Below are positions 20,363 to 29,554 of a stretch of DNA of 64,000 nt, piece after piece. Both the position numbers and the translations under genes were made by a program. Under the pieces are notes generated by a model. The model did not search any database and was not told the origin of the DNA. It was given only the letters and a program-made list of their open reading frames with translations. Source of the stretch: a candidate division Zixibacteria bacterium RBG_16_53_22 (GTDB lineage: Bacteria > Zixibacteria > MSB-5A5 > UBA10806). The first letter of the stretch is position 1. Every line of letters begins with the position of its first letter. The DNA lies in the NCBI GenBank assembly GCA_001775395.1, contig MEWP01000160.1, positions 266 through 64,265 on the forward strand, written 5' to 3'.

Positions 20363-20758
20363 ATGTGGAATAGTGATCCCAACATGGGTGTAGTTTTGAT
20401 AGTGGCTATATCGATGGCGGGTCTGGCGGCCGTACCGATCATGATAGCGACTCTTATTGCCAACAATGCCAAGAAGAAACGCGAGTCTGATTTGATCCGC
20501 CTGGCAATAGAGAAAGGGATGCCGGTGCCGGATTTCACTGAACGTATCAGCCGCTATGGAACGCTGAAGGCGGGATTGATCTGGATCGCCATTGGAGCCG
20601 GCTTTATGTTGATGGTAGCTTTTTCAGTTGATAGCAATAGCGAGGGAATATCGTTGGGATTCATACCAATATTAATCGGGTTGGCGCTTTGTATCAGTTG
20701 GTATCTCGAGGTTCGATATCAGGATAGAAAGGAGGCGCGGCCCAACATCAATACTTAG
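20363..20758 (+). CDS. Membrane protein, DUF6249-like
   Basis: RLAIEKG...LKAGLIWIAIG...GFIPILIG; divergent from the ECF sigma gene; AGGAGG RBS. Confidence 0.7.
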   Translation: MWNSDPNMGVVLIVAISMAGLAAVPIMIATLIANNAKKKRESDLIRLAIEKGMPVPDFTERISRYGTLKAGLIWIAIGAGFMLMVAFSVDSNSEGISLGFIPILIGLALCISWYLEVRYQDRKEARPNINT

Positions 20759-20770
20759 GAAATCTGGCTT

Positions 20771-22114
20771 CTAAATCTGTTTCGTTTTCCAGGAGCCGGT
20801 CCTAAACCAGATTAGGACTGCCATGCCCTTGATTATGGTCGAGATGGTTATGGCCCAGAATATGCCCAGGGGACCCAAGCCGAGCGGGATTGCCATGAAA
20901 TAGGCCAGAGGTATCCGGATGAGAGTGCCGGGAATAGAAACCACCATCGGCGGGATGGTATTGCCGGCCCCGGCGAAAGCCCCCTCGAGCACGAATTCAA
21001 GCGCCATGAAAACCTGCGACAGCGCAATGATCCTGAGATAATAGCCGGAAAATTTTATGACCTCGGTGTCGCCGGTCAACATCGAGGTTATCTTTTCGGC
21101 GAAAGTGAAGAATATCACGCCATAGACAAATGTGATGGCCGCGATAATTCCCAGCGTCGTCCAGGCGGCTTTCTCGGCGCGGTCCGGCTGTTTCGCCCCG
21201 AGATTCTGACCAACCATGGCGGAGGCCGCGATGTAGAAGCCGAAACATGTCATATACGAGATCGATTCGGCCCGGTTGCCCACCGGAATCGAGGCCACTG
21301 CGGTGGTGCCGAACTCCGACATTATCCTGGTCATGCCGAGGTAAACCAGAGCGAAATTTATCGACGCCAGGGACGCGGGAAGGCCAATTTTGAGAAGCCG
21401 GGCGATCACATTGATGTCGAGGTCCCCCAGGGTTCTGGGAATAATCCTGAAAGGGAGTCGCCCTCGAAGAACGAAAATCAAGGCAACAAAAAAAGATACC
21501 GTATGGGCGATCGTTGTGGCGATGGCGGCCCCCATCGTCTCCAAACGCGGGAATATCCAGATTCCATATATCAGCAGTATATCCAGGATAATGTTGGTCA
21601 CGACTGCCGTAATCATCACGATCATCGGGGTTGACGTATCGCCCACGGCCCTGAAAATGGCCCCGGCAACCTCTGCCAGGAATAACACCGGCACCGCCAT
21701 GAACACTATCCTGAGATAGACTCGGCCCATTTGCTCGACTTGCGGCTCCAGGCGGAGAAGATGCAGTATATTTCCAGAAAAAGTGATTCCGATGATCGAG
21801 AGGGCGATCGCGAAATAGAATGCGAATTTGAGTATCTGCATGGAGTTTTCCGACGCGGCCTCGAGTTCTCCCGCGCCATAATGACGAGAGACAATAGCCA
21901 TCGTGCCCACCCCGAATAAATCCATGAGGGAGAAAATCATCCATACAATAAATCCGGCCGAACCGACCGCGGCCACCTGGGCCGCGCCCAGGTGGCCCAC
22001 CAATCCGGTGTCGATTAGGTTGTTTACCACAATGGCAAACATTGAAAAGACGGCGGGGATGGCGAGTGCCATCACATGTCGAGGAATTGAACCTTGTGTA
22101 AGATCTCTTGCCAT
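20771..22114 (-). CDS. MATE-family efflux transporter
   Basis: DLTQGSI, GDTSTPM, NIILD, VGQNLGA; about 12 TM. Confidence 0.93.
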   Translation of the reverse strand: MARDLTQGSIPRHVMALAIPAVFSMFAIVVNNLIDTGLVGHLGAAQVAAVGSAGFIVWMIFSLMDLFGVGTMAIVSRHYGAGELEAASENSMQILKFAFYFAIALSIIGITFSGNILHLLRLEPQVEQMGRVYLRIVFMAVPVLFLAEVAGAIFRAVGDTSTPMIVMITAVVTNIILDILLIYGIWIFPRLETMGAAIATTIAHTVSFFVALIFVLRGRLPFRIIPRTLGDLDINVIARLLKIGLPASLASINFALVYLGMTRIMSEFGTTAVASIPVGNRAESISYMTCFGFYIAASAMVGQNLGAKQPDRAEKAAWTTLGIIAAITFVYGVIFFTFAEKITSMLTGDTEVIKFSGYYLRIIALSQVFMALEFVLEGAFAGAGNTIPPMVVSIPGTLIRIPLAYFMAIPLGLGPLGIFWAITISTIIKGMAVLIWFRTGSWKTKQI

Positions 22115-22207
22115 GAATTAAAAAATGCCCCGGAAAAATATCGGCGCATTTCTCCAAAATCAAGATTGAATTACGAATATCGGAATTTATTGTTGCAGCA
22201 CTGATTC

Positions 22208-22900
22208 CTAAGCTGTCGGTTTGTCATTTGTCGGTTTCGGCCTGGGATAATATGTTGAAACCGGGTGAAAAGTCCTTCGATGAATCAGGCAGGGCCCATG
22301 CTCAAATAAATTTGCCAGATGCTCCGGCGTGCCGTAACCCTTGTGCTTTCCGAAACCGTATGCGGGGTACAGCCCCGAATATTCGAGCATGAGTTGATCG
22401 CGATAGGTCTTGGCCATGATGGATGCAGCCGATATGCACGGCTCTGATTTATCGCCACCGACAAGGGCCTGTTGCTTGAACGTAAGTCCCGGCAGTGGGT
22501 GACGGCCATCGACAAGGACGATTTCCGGCTCGACTCCGAGCGCCTCTATTGCCCGCCTCATCGCCAGAAACGACGCCTGCAGAATGTTGATTTTGTCGAT
22601 TATCTCATGGCCCACCACACCGATTCCCCATAGGCAGGATGAGTCTAATAGTCTCTCTCGTTGCTCTTGGCGCCGAGCCGGAGTCAGGCTCTTGGAATCA
22701 CGGATACCCTTGGTATCAAATCCGTCGCATAAGATAACGGCGGCTGCGACCACCGGCCCGGCCAGCGGTCCGCGCCCCGCTTCATCGACCCCGCAAATCA
22801 ATTGCCCAATAAAACCGCGAGGCGATAGAGTGTCCGCCTGCGCCCTGCCGGGCATATGTTTCCAGCCGAATAGGCTGCTGTTATTTTGAGAGCTTTCCAT
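22208..22900 (-). CDS. rnhB: Ribonuclease HII
   Basis: GVDEAGRGPLAGP, DSK, ISAASIMAK, HKGYGT; start uncertain. Confidence 0.96.
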   Translation of the reverse strand: MESSQNNSSLFGWKHMPGRAQADTLSPRGFIGQLICGVDEAGRGPLAGPVVAAAVILCDGFDTKGIRDSKSLTPARRQEQRERLLDSSCLWGIGVVGHEIIDKINILQASFLAMRRAIEALGVEPEIVLVDGRHPLPGLTFKQQALVGGDKSEPCISAASIMAKTYRDQLMLEYSGLYPAYGFGKHKGYGTPEHLANLFEHGPCLIHRRTFHPVSTYYPRPKPTNDKPTA

Positions 22901-23027
22901 TTCGATAATCAGGTTTGCCCGTCATTATGATATTATCAAATATGAAAAAAAGCCTTAAAAAAATCAAAGGGCGCCAACTTGAACGCCCTCGAATATGCGT
23001 TTGGAAAAGCTGCCGATTTCCGCCTAA

Positions 23028-23375
23028 TTATTCTTCCTTTTTCTCGCCGATCCTGGCCTTCTTTCCTTTCAGGCTTCTGAGGTAATAAAGTTTCGAGCGT
23101 CGAACCCGGCCTTGCTTGATCATCTCGATCTTCGCGATATTCGGCGAATGAAGAGGGAACACCCTTTCTACTCCAACACCCGATGAGAGCTTGCGGACCG
23201 TGAAAGATTCGGATATGCCGCCGCCGGTCCTGGCAATAACCGTTCCCTGGAATACCTGGATCCTCTCCTTATCGCCTTCCTTGATCTTAACATGAACCCT
23301 GATGGTATCCCCCGGGGAGAATTCTATGATATCCGATTTCCGGTATTTGGCCTCGAGCGATTTTAGAACTGACAT
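23028..23375 (-). CDS. rplS: 50S ribosomal protein L19
   Basis: [20 protein letters not shown]. Confidence 0.98.
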   Translation of the reverse strand: MSVLKSLEAKYRKSDIIEFSPGDTIRVHVKIKEGDKERIQVFQGTVIARTGGGISESFTVRKLSSGVGVERVFPLHSPNIAKIEMIKQGRVRRSKLYYLRSLKGKKARIGEKKEE

Positions 23376-23388
23376 ACTATGATTCCTT

Positions 23389-24111
23389 TCAACTTACGTA
23401 TTCACCTAATATTTTTATCTCATCCTGACTCAAATCTCTCTTGGCGAAAAGATCCGGCCGACGCTCCCTGGTGCGAAAAAGGGCATTCCCCAGCCTCCAA
23501 CACCTGATTTTCTCGTGATGCCCCGATATCAGGATCTCAGGCACCCGGCGATTTTCGAAAATCTCCGGCCTGGTATACTCAATCGGCCCGAGCAGCCCCG
23601 AGAAGTGAGAATCCTCCGCGGCCGAGCCGAAATCTCTCATGGTGCCCGGCAGAAGTCTCAAGACGGCATCGGCGATAACCACCGCGGCATATTCCCCGCC
23701 GGTCAGCACATAATCGCCAATCGAGACCTCTCTCAATTTTGCGATTTCAATGGCTCTCTGGTCAACGCCTTTATAATGCCCGCAAACTATTAATATCCGT
23801 TCCCCGGCCGCAAGATCCGAGACAATCTCCTGATTCAAAAGCTGCCCGCCGGCCGAGGTTACGATCCTGACTGCCTTATTGTCCGGATCGATGGCGTTAA
23901 CCGCCGCGACAATCGGCTCCGGTTTCATGACCATACCGGGCCCGCCGCCGTACGGAATATCATCGACGACCTTGTGCTTATCCGACGTAAAATCCCGCAG
24001 GTCGTGGATATTGATTTCGAACAGGCCGCTTTGACGTCCGCGGCCAATCAGGCTCTCCGAAAGCGGCACATCCACCATACGCGGGAATATTGTTATGATG
24101 TCGATTCTCAT
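23389..24111 (-). CDS. trmD: tRNA (guanine-N1)-methyltransferase
   Basis: [23 protein letters not shown]. Confidence 0.97.
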   Translation of the reverse strand: MRIDIITIFPRMVDVPLSESLIGRGRQSGLFEINIHDLRDFTSDKHKVVDDIPYGGGPGMVMKPEPIVAAVNAIDPDNKAVRIVTSAGGQLLNQEIVSDLAAGERILIVCGHYKGVDQRAIEIAKLREVSIGDYVLTGGEYAAVVIADAVLRLLPGTMRDFGSAAEDSHFSGLLGPIEYTRPEIFENRRVPEILISGHHEKIRCWRLGNALFRTRERRPDLFAKRDLSQDEIKILGEYVS

Positions 24112-24113
24112 AC

Positions 24114-24611
24114 TTAATAGAGGCCTGCAATCTTTCTTATGATAATCTTCTTGCCTCTGATATCAACGGAAACCACCACCGACTTGACAAACGGTACCAG
24201 TATTTCGCCGCGTTCGCCGTTAACAGTCAGGACATCATTGGCCGCGACATAATCGATGGCTGTCACCTTTCCCAGGTATGCCCCGCCGTCCTCAAAAACC
24301 TCGGAGCCCTCAATATCGAAATGATAATATTCATCCTCGTTCAGTGTTGCCAGGTTTTCAAGCTCGACCAGAACCTCGCCGCCTTGCCAGGCCAGGGCCG
24401 AATCCTCGTCATCGATTCCAGCCAGTTTCAGAGCGATTCTCCCCTTTAGCGGCCTGACAGCCTCGACCATGAATTCGCCGGTTCTATTTCCTTTCTGCAA
24501 GGTCACCACGCGCCCGACCGACAGGCTCTGCGTGTTAACCTTGTAAGGGACGACCGCCAACTCACCCTTAAAGCCTCGTGGCCTGGTAATATTCGCCACA
24601 GACACTTTCAT
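24114..24611 (-). CDS. rimM: Ribosome maturation factor RimM
   Basis: RGFKGEL, EYYHFDIEG, ILVPFV; operon position. Confidence 0.93.
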   Translation of the reverse strand: MKVSVANITRPRGFKGELAVVPYKVNTQSLSVGRVVTLQKGNRTGEFMVEAVRPLKGRIALKLAGIDDEDSALAWQGGEVLVELENLATLNEDEYYHFDIEGSEVFEDGGAYLGKVTAIDYVAANDVLTVNGERGEILVPFVKSVVVSVDIRGKKIIIRKIAGLY

Positions 24612-24668
24612 CTCAGAATCGACGCGGATCCGGAAAAGCCGGCGGATCTTCAATTATGCAGCGCTGTC

Positions 24669-24899
24669 CTATTCCAGAATCTCCAACAAGGCCCGCTTGC
24701 CCTTCTTGGCAGATACTGCGGAGATAAGCGTTCTTATAGCCTTAGCTGTCTGCCCCTTTCGGCCAATTACTTTACCAAGGTCATCCTGGTACACGCGGAG
24801 TTCATAGACCGTCGTCTTTTCGCCCTCGACCTCTGACACGCTTACCTGATCCGGATGGTCGACCAGCGCTCGTGCAATGAATTCGATAAACTCCTTCAC
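24669..24899 (-). CDS. khpA: KH-domain RNA-binding protein KhpA
   Basis: [17 protein letters not shown]; between rpsP and rimM. Confidence 0.93.
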   Translation of the reverse strand: MKEFIEFIARALVDHPDQVSVSEVEGEKTTVYELRVYQDDLGKVIGRKGQTAKAIRTLISAVSAKKGKRALLEILE

Positions 24900-24946
24900 A
24901 ATGCCTCCTTAGTCTGCAGTGGAACGAGAGGTACTATAGGAAAAAT

Positions 24947-25291
24947 CTATTTGGATTCCTTAGCTTTTCTCTTTTTCGTTCTTTCCCTTATGGTCGTTTT
25001 TAGCTCGATCGCCGATACATCCTCGCCCTTTTTGCGCCGAGTCCATTTGTCCAACAGGCCGGTTTCCTTTAACAAGGAATTAACGGTGTCGGATGTTTCA
25101 GCGCCTTTTTCCAGCCAGCGGCAGATCCTGTCTTCCTCGAGGACCACTCGACCTGGCTTTTCAATTGGATGGTAATATCCCAATATTTCGATGAACCGCC
25201 CGTCGCGGGGCATGCGCGAATCGGTTGCGACCAGACGATAATATGGACGATTCCTGGAACCGGTACGGCGTAATCTGATTGTTACTGCCAC
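24947..25291 (-). CDS. rpsP: 30S ribosomal protein S16
   Basis: IRLRR, RDGRFIEILGYY; GTG start with GGAGG RBS. Confidence 0.98.
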   Translation of the reverse strand: MAVTIRLRRTGSRNRPYYRLVATDSRMPRDGRFIEILGYYHPIEKPGRVVLEEDRICRWLEKGAETSDTVNSLLKETGLLDKWTRRKKGEDVSAIELKTTIRERTKKRKAKESK

Positions 25292-25325
25292 TTATCCTCC
25301 TGCTTGACCTGTAACTCCTGGTTTT

Positions 25326-26633
25326 CTATGACGGGAATCCCTTGGGAAGGGATAGCCGCGAAAATTGCTTAATCATCTTCTGCATCGATGCGAACTGCTT
25401 TAATAGCATATTCACGTGCTGCACGGAAGTTCCCGAGCCGGCCGCGATTCTCCGCCTTCGAGAACCGTCGATAATGGATGGGTGAGTGCGCTCTTGCCGG
25501 GTCATGCTGTTTATTATAGCCTCGACCCGCGCCATTCCATTCTCATCGACAGTCACCCCTTTGAGCTGCTTGCCGACCCCGGGCAGCATCTCCAACAAGT
25601 TTTGAAGCGGGCCCATCTTCTTTATCTGTTTGAGCTGGGCAAGAAAATCCTCGAACGTGAAAGTCTCCTTGAGAAGCTTTTTCTCGAGCTTCTCGGCCTC
25701 GGCCAGGTCTATGACCTCCTGGGCCTTCTCTACAAATGATACGATGTCACCCATGCCCAGGATTCGCGATGATATCCGCGCAGGATGAAATTCCTCCACA
25801 TCGGCCGGCTTCTCGCCGGTGCCGATAAACTTGATCGGAATCCCCAGCGCGGCTTTCAAGGACATGGCGGCTCCACCCCTGGCGTCACCGTCCATCTTGG
25901 TCAGGACAGCGCCTGTCAGGCCTATACGCCTGTGAAACTCGGAGGCCACGTTGAGGGCCTCCTGCCCGGTCATGGCATCGGCCACGAAAAGGGTTTCATG
26001 CGCCGATACCGCCTTCTTGACATCGGCCAGTTCGATCATGAGCGCATCATCTATCTGCAGTCGCCCGGCCGTATCTATAATGACCAGGTCGAACAAATTC
26101 TCCCTGGCTTGCGCAATTGCGCCCCTGGCGATATCGGGCGCGCCGGCCTCAGCCGTGTAAAAGGGGATTTGGATCGATTCGGCCAGCAGTTGAAGCTGTT
26201 TTTTAGCGGCGGGCCTGTGAATATCTGCCGCCACCAGCAGGGGATGATGCCCCTTTTTCCTGAGATAAAGGGCGAGTTTCCCCGCCAGTGTGGTCTTGCC
26301 CGAGCCCTGCAATCCGGCCAATATGATAACCGTCGGAGGGGTGCTCGAAATGGCCATATCCGAACGGGTGCCCCCCAGGAGGTTTACCATTTCGTCGTGA
26401 ATTATCTTGATAAGCTGCTGGCCGGGGGTGATCGATTTGGTGACCTCCTGGCCGATAGCTTTTTTCTCGATTTCGGCCACGAAGTTTTTCACGACCTTGT
26501 AGTTGACATCGGCCTCCAGCAGCGCCATGCGGATTTCCCGGCCGGCCTCCTGAATATTCTTCTCGGAGAGGTAGCCGCGTCCGGTCAGCTTCTTGAAAAT
26601 GCCGTCGAGTTTGTCTGTTATCTGTTCGAACAT
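25326..26633 (-). CDS. ffh: Signal recognition particle protein
   Basis: GLQGSGKTT, DTAGR, TKMDGDARGG, RILGMGD, M domain. Confidence 0.98.
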   Translation of the reverse strand: MFEQITDKLDGIFKKLTGRGYLSEKNIQEAGREIRMALLEADVNYKVVKNFVAEIEKKAIGQEVTKSITPGQQLIKIIHDEMVNLLGGTRSDMAISSTPPTVIILAGLQGSGKTTLAGKLALYLRKKGHHPLLVAADIHRPAAKKQLQLLAESIQIPFYTAEAGAPDIARGAIAQARENLFDLVIIDTAGRLQIDDALMIELADVKKAVSAHETLFVADAMTGQEALNVASEFHRRIGLTGAVLTKMDGDARGGAAMSLKAALGIPIKFIGTGEKPADVEEFHPARISSRILGMGDIVSFVEKAQEVIDLAEAEKLEKKLLKETFTFEDFLAQLKQIKKMGPLQNLLEMLPGVGKQLKGVTVDENGMARVEAIINSMTRQERTHPSIIDGSRRRRIAAGSGTSVQHVNMLLKQFASMQKMIKQFSRLSLPKGFPS

Positions 26634-26816
26634 ATCGCCCAAGTATCTGAAAGAATTATACGCCACAGCCAAATGGGAAAATTGCCAAAATCATCCCTTG
26701 TGCTAATTGGCTAAACCGATAAGATATAAGTTTTTGAACAATTCGCAATAGCAAATTATGCAGTATTTTGTCTTGACGATCCGACAGATCCGGCTCTATC
26801 ACAGGCCATTTTGACG

Positions 26817-27470
26817 TCAGCCCACCCTGAGCGAGTTGATCGCCGCCCTGTAATCCCGTGACCCAAAAATATATTCGCCGGCCACGATTATCGTTGCGCC
26901 GCCGGAAACGGCTGTCATTACCGTCCGCTCGTTCAAGCCCCCATCGACTTCAATCGCGAAATGGTAATCGTTGTCGGCCTTGAGCCGGGCGGCCTCGGCA
27001 ATCTTGGCGGTCACGCTTTCGATATATTCCTGGCCCCCGAATCCCGGATAAACTGTCATGATGAGCAAAATATCGATCATGTCGAGATAATCAGACACTG
27101 ATTCGAGAGGGGTGTCCGGCTTGATACTGAGCCCGAACGACTTAAAATGGCTTTTGACCATATCGAACAACTGCGGCACCGGGACAGTAACCTCAGAATG
27201 GACCGTTATATTATCGGCGCCGGCACTGATGAATTTCTCGATAAAGGTCTGCGGATTATCCAGCATGAGATGAACGTCGAGCGGCAAACGCGTGATGCCG
27301 CGAATCGACTTGACGAGCTTGGGGCCGAATGTCAGATTGGGCACGAAATGACCGTCCATGATATCGACATGGAGCCAATCGGCGCCGGCCTTTTCGACCG
27401 CCTTGATTTCGTCCTCCAGATGGAGAAAATCGGCCGAGAGAACGGAGGGCGCGACAATAATCCCGCTCAT
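26817..27470 (-). CDS. rpe: Ribulose-phosphate 3-epimerase
   Basis: APSVLSADF, HVDIMDGHFVPN, PGFGGQ, EVDGG. Confidence 0.97.
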   Translation of the reverse strand: MSGIIVAPSVLSADFLHLEDEIKAVEKAGADWLHVDIMDGHFVPNLTFGPKLVKSIRGITRLPLDVHLMLDNPQTFIEKFISAGADNITVHSEVTVPVPQLFDMVKSHFKSFGLSIKPDTPLESVSDYLDMIDILLIMTVYPGFGGQEYIESVTAKIAEAARLKADNDYHFAIEVDGGLNERTVMTAVSGGATIIVAGEYIFGSRDYRAAINSLRVG

Positions 27471-27471
27471 G

Positions 27472-28221
27472 TTATTCCGTAGCCGAGACGGTGAACTCAA
27501 TGGTGCTCCACTTCTTGACTTCCCGCCCCGGTGAGACAGACTGGCTCATGATGGTTTCGGGCAGGAGATCGTCATTGACCGAGTAATTTATCCCCGCGAC
27601 AAGCAGAAAGTTGTCTTGCGCCAGGGAGCGGGCTTTGTCAAGGTCGAGGCCGACGAAGTTCGGCACGCGAATCATCATCTCGGTCTCGATCCGATTTACA
27701 ATCAATTGCACATCGGCATTGAGGCGCATGACCGTGCCGGCGGCAGGCATGGAGTTTATTATAACGCCGTCAGGCAAATCCAAATCGGTGTGCCAGATGA
27801 TCTCGCCTGGTACCAGACCCTCGCGTTCAAGCATCATGCGGGCCTCGCGCAGCGTAAAACCTTCGAGTTCAGGCACGATGGCCGAGGCGGAGCCTTTGCT
27901 GATTGTCAGAATCACTTTCCGGCCGCTTTTAACCTTGGAGCCACCCCCGGGTATTTGAAGGATGATCGTTCCTTTGGGACGCTTGGAATCGTACTCTTCG
28001 CTGCCGATCATGAATTTCAGGTCAGCCTCCCTAAGCCGCGCCTCGGCTGCCTGGAGGGACAGATCGACCACATTGGGGATCTCGACCTCGGACTCCTGCC
28101 TGGTGAATATCGGCATCACCATCGCATCGACTATCATCAACAACAAGATCAAGCCACCAATGAAAATGGCGGCCGCGATCAGTATATCCGAGATGAGCTC
28201 CTTGCTGATTTTAATTTTCAT
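27472..28221 (-). CDS. Membrane-anchored triple PASTA-domain protein
   Basis: N-terminal TM followed by three (I/V)P.(V/L).G repeats; no kinase domain. Confidence 0.88.
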   Translation of the reverse strand: MKIKISKELISDILIAAAIFIGGLILLLMIVDAMVMPIFTRQESEVEIPNVVDLSLQAAEARLREADLKFMIGSEEYDSKRPKGTIILQIPGGGSKVKSGRKVILTISKGSASAIVPELEGFTLREARMMLEREGLVPGEIIWHTDLDLPDGVIINSMPAAGTVMRLNADVQLIVNRIETEMMIRVPNFVGLDLDKARSLAQDNFLLVAGINYSVNDDLLPETIMSQSVSPGREVKKWSTIEFTVSATE

Positions 28222-29554
28222 CGCCTTTCACCAGTAACGCGAAACCGCCCCCACCGATACCATGCTTGTGTGGCCAGGTGCGGTATAAAGAATCGGGTTC
28301 CTCAAACGGCTTCAGCATGTCATTTTTACTTCGCTCAGTCCTGAACTGCCTGTTATTTTTCAAAAAATCGGCAACAATATTTTCAATTTCGTCCGGCTCG
28401 GTTGTGCAGGTAGAATAGACGATCCTGCCGCCGTTCGCCGCGAGCTGGGCCGCTTTTTCAAGCATTTTCAATTGCAGCCGGGCCAGGGTTTTGATATCGC
28501 TTTCCTTCTTTGTCCACCTGATATCAACGTTGCTCCAGAGCGTGCCCAAACCGCTACAGGGGACATCGAGCAAAATATACCCGAATTTCCTCTCAGGCGC
28601 AAATTGTAAGACGTCATCGCATATAAATTCGACATTGGCTAATCCTGCCCGGGCGGCGGCCTGCTTGACGAATTCGAGCCGCTTGTAGTCTCTGTCGACC
28701 GAGACCACCTTGCCCTCGGGTCCGACAATATCGGCCAGGGCCACGGTTTTCCCTCCAGGGGCCGAACATAGATCGAGAACAACGGCGCCTTTCGTGGGAT
28801 CGAGCAGTTGAATCGGAAGGCCCTGGGATTCATCCTGGGCGATCAGGCGGCCTTGGTGGAACGGCTCGGAATTGAGAATTTCATAGACCTGGGTGGAAGA
28901 GAAATATCCGGGCATGAATTTCCCTGGCTCGATAGTTATCCCCAACTCCCCGAGTGTCCGCAAGACTGATTCGGCGGAGGCTTCCCCGGCCAGCGTTTTG
29001 AAAAATACAGGTGGCCTTCGATTGAAAGCGATCATAATTCTTTCTGCCTCATCGAATCCGAGTCTTTTCAGCCACCTTTTCACGAGCCAATCAGGATATG
29101 AATAATAAGTCCCCAGGAATCGGCCTGGTTCGGCGGTTTTATCGGGGAATTTGGCCTTTTCCGGCTCACGGATATATGCTCTCAAGACCGCATTAACGAA
29201 TCCAGCGTCACGTTTCATGCCGGTTTCGGAGAGAAGGCCGACTGTCTCGTCGACCGCGGCGTACTGCGCGATGCCGGCCATTTCGGTCAGTTGATAAAGG
29301 CCGGTTCGAAGCGCCGCGACCACGCCCGGTTTCTGTTTGCCGATTGGGGCTTTCATAAAGGATTGAGCGACATAATCGAGCTTGCGCATATATTTTACAA
29401 CGCCCTTGGTGATTTCCCAGGCCAGGGCCCGGTCTCTTTCGGGAATTCCCGAGTGAGCCAGGTCATCGAGGATCCGGTCGAGATCGCCCTCCGTCTTCTG
29501 GAACTCCAGGAGCGCGGTCCAGGCAAGGCTTCTGGATAAGGTGCGGCCCTTCAT
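28211..29554 (-). CDS. rsmB: 16S rRNA m5C967 methyltransferase (Sun/RsmB)
   Basis: NusB-like N-terminus, DLCSAPGGKT, DVPCSG, YSTCT. Confidence 0.93.
   Translation of the reverse strand: MKGRTLSRSLAWTALLEFQKTEGDLDRILDDLAHSGIPERDRALAWEITKGVVKYMRKLDYVAQSFMKAPIGKQKPGVVAALRTGLYQLTEMAGIAQYAAVDETVGLLSETGMKRDAGFVNAVLRAYIREPEKAKFPDKTAEPGRFLGTYYSYPDWLVKRWLKRLGFDEAERIMIAFNRRPPVFFKTLAGEASAESVLRTLGELGITIEPGKFMPGYFSSTQVYEILNSEPFHQGRLIAQDESQGLPIQLLDPTKGAVVLDLCSAPGGKTVALADIVGPEGKVVSVDRDYKRLEFVKQAAARAGLANVEFICDDVLQFAPERKFGYILLDVPCSGLGTLWSNVDIRWTKKESDIKTLARLQLKMLEKAAQLAANGGRIVYSTCTTEPDEIENIVADFLKNNRQFRTERSKNDMLKPFEEPDSLYRTWPHKHGIGGGGFALLVKGDEN

Noticed and set aside
20997..22163. 388-aa alternative-frame ORF within the MATE gene
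   Set aside because: Arg/Gly/His-rich off-frame translation expected from codon bias; no motif.
25785..26714. Long antisense ORFs (also 10384-11352, 41961-42764, 60559-61419)
   Set aside because: Antisense shadows of well-supported genes (ffh, truA/tal, meaB, ubiB-like).
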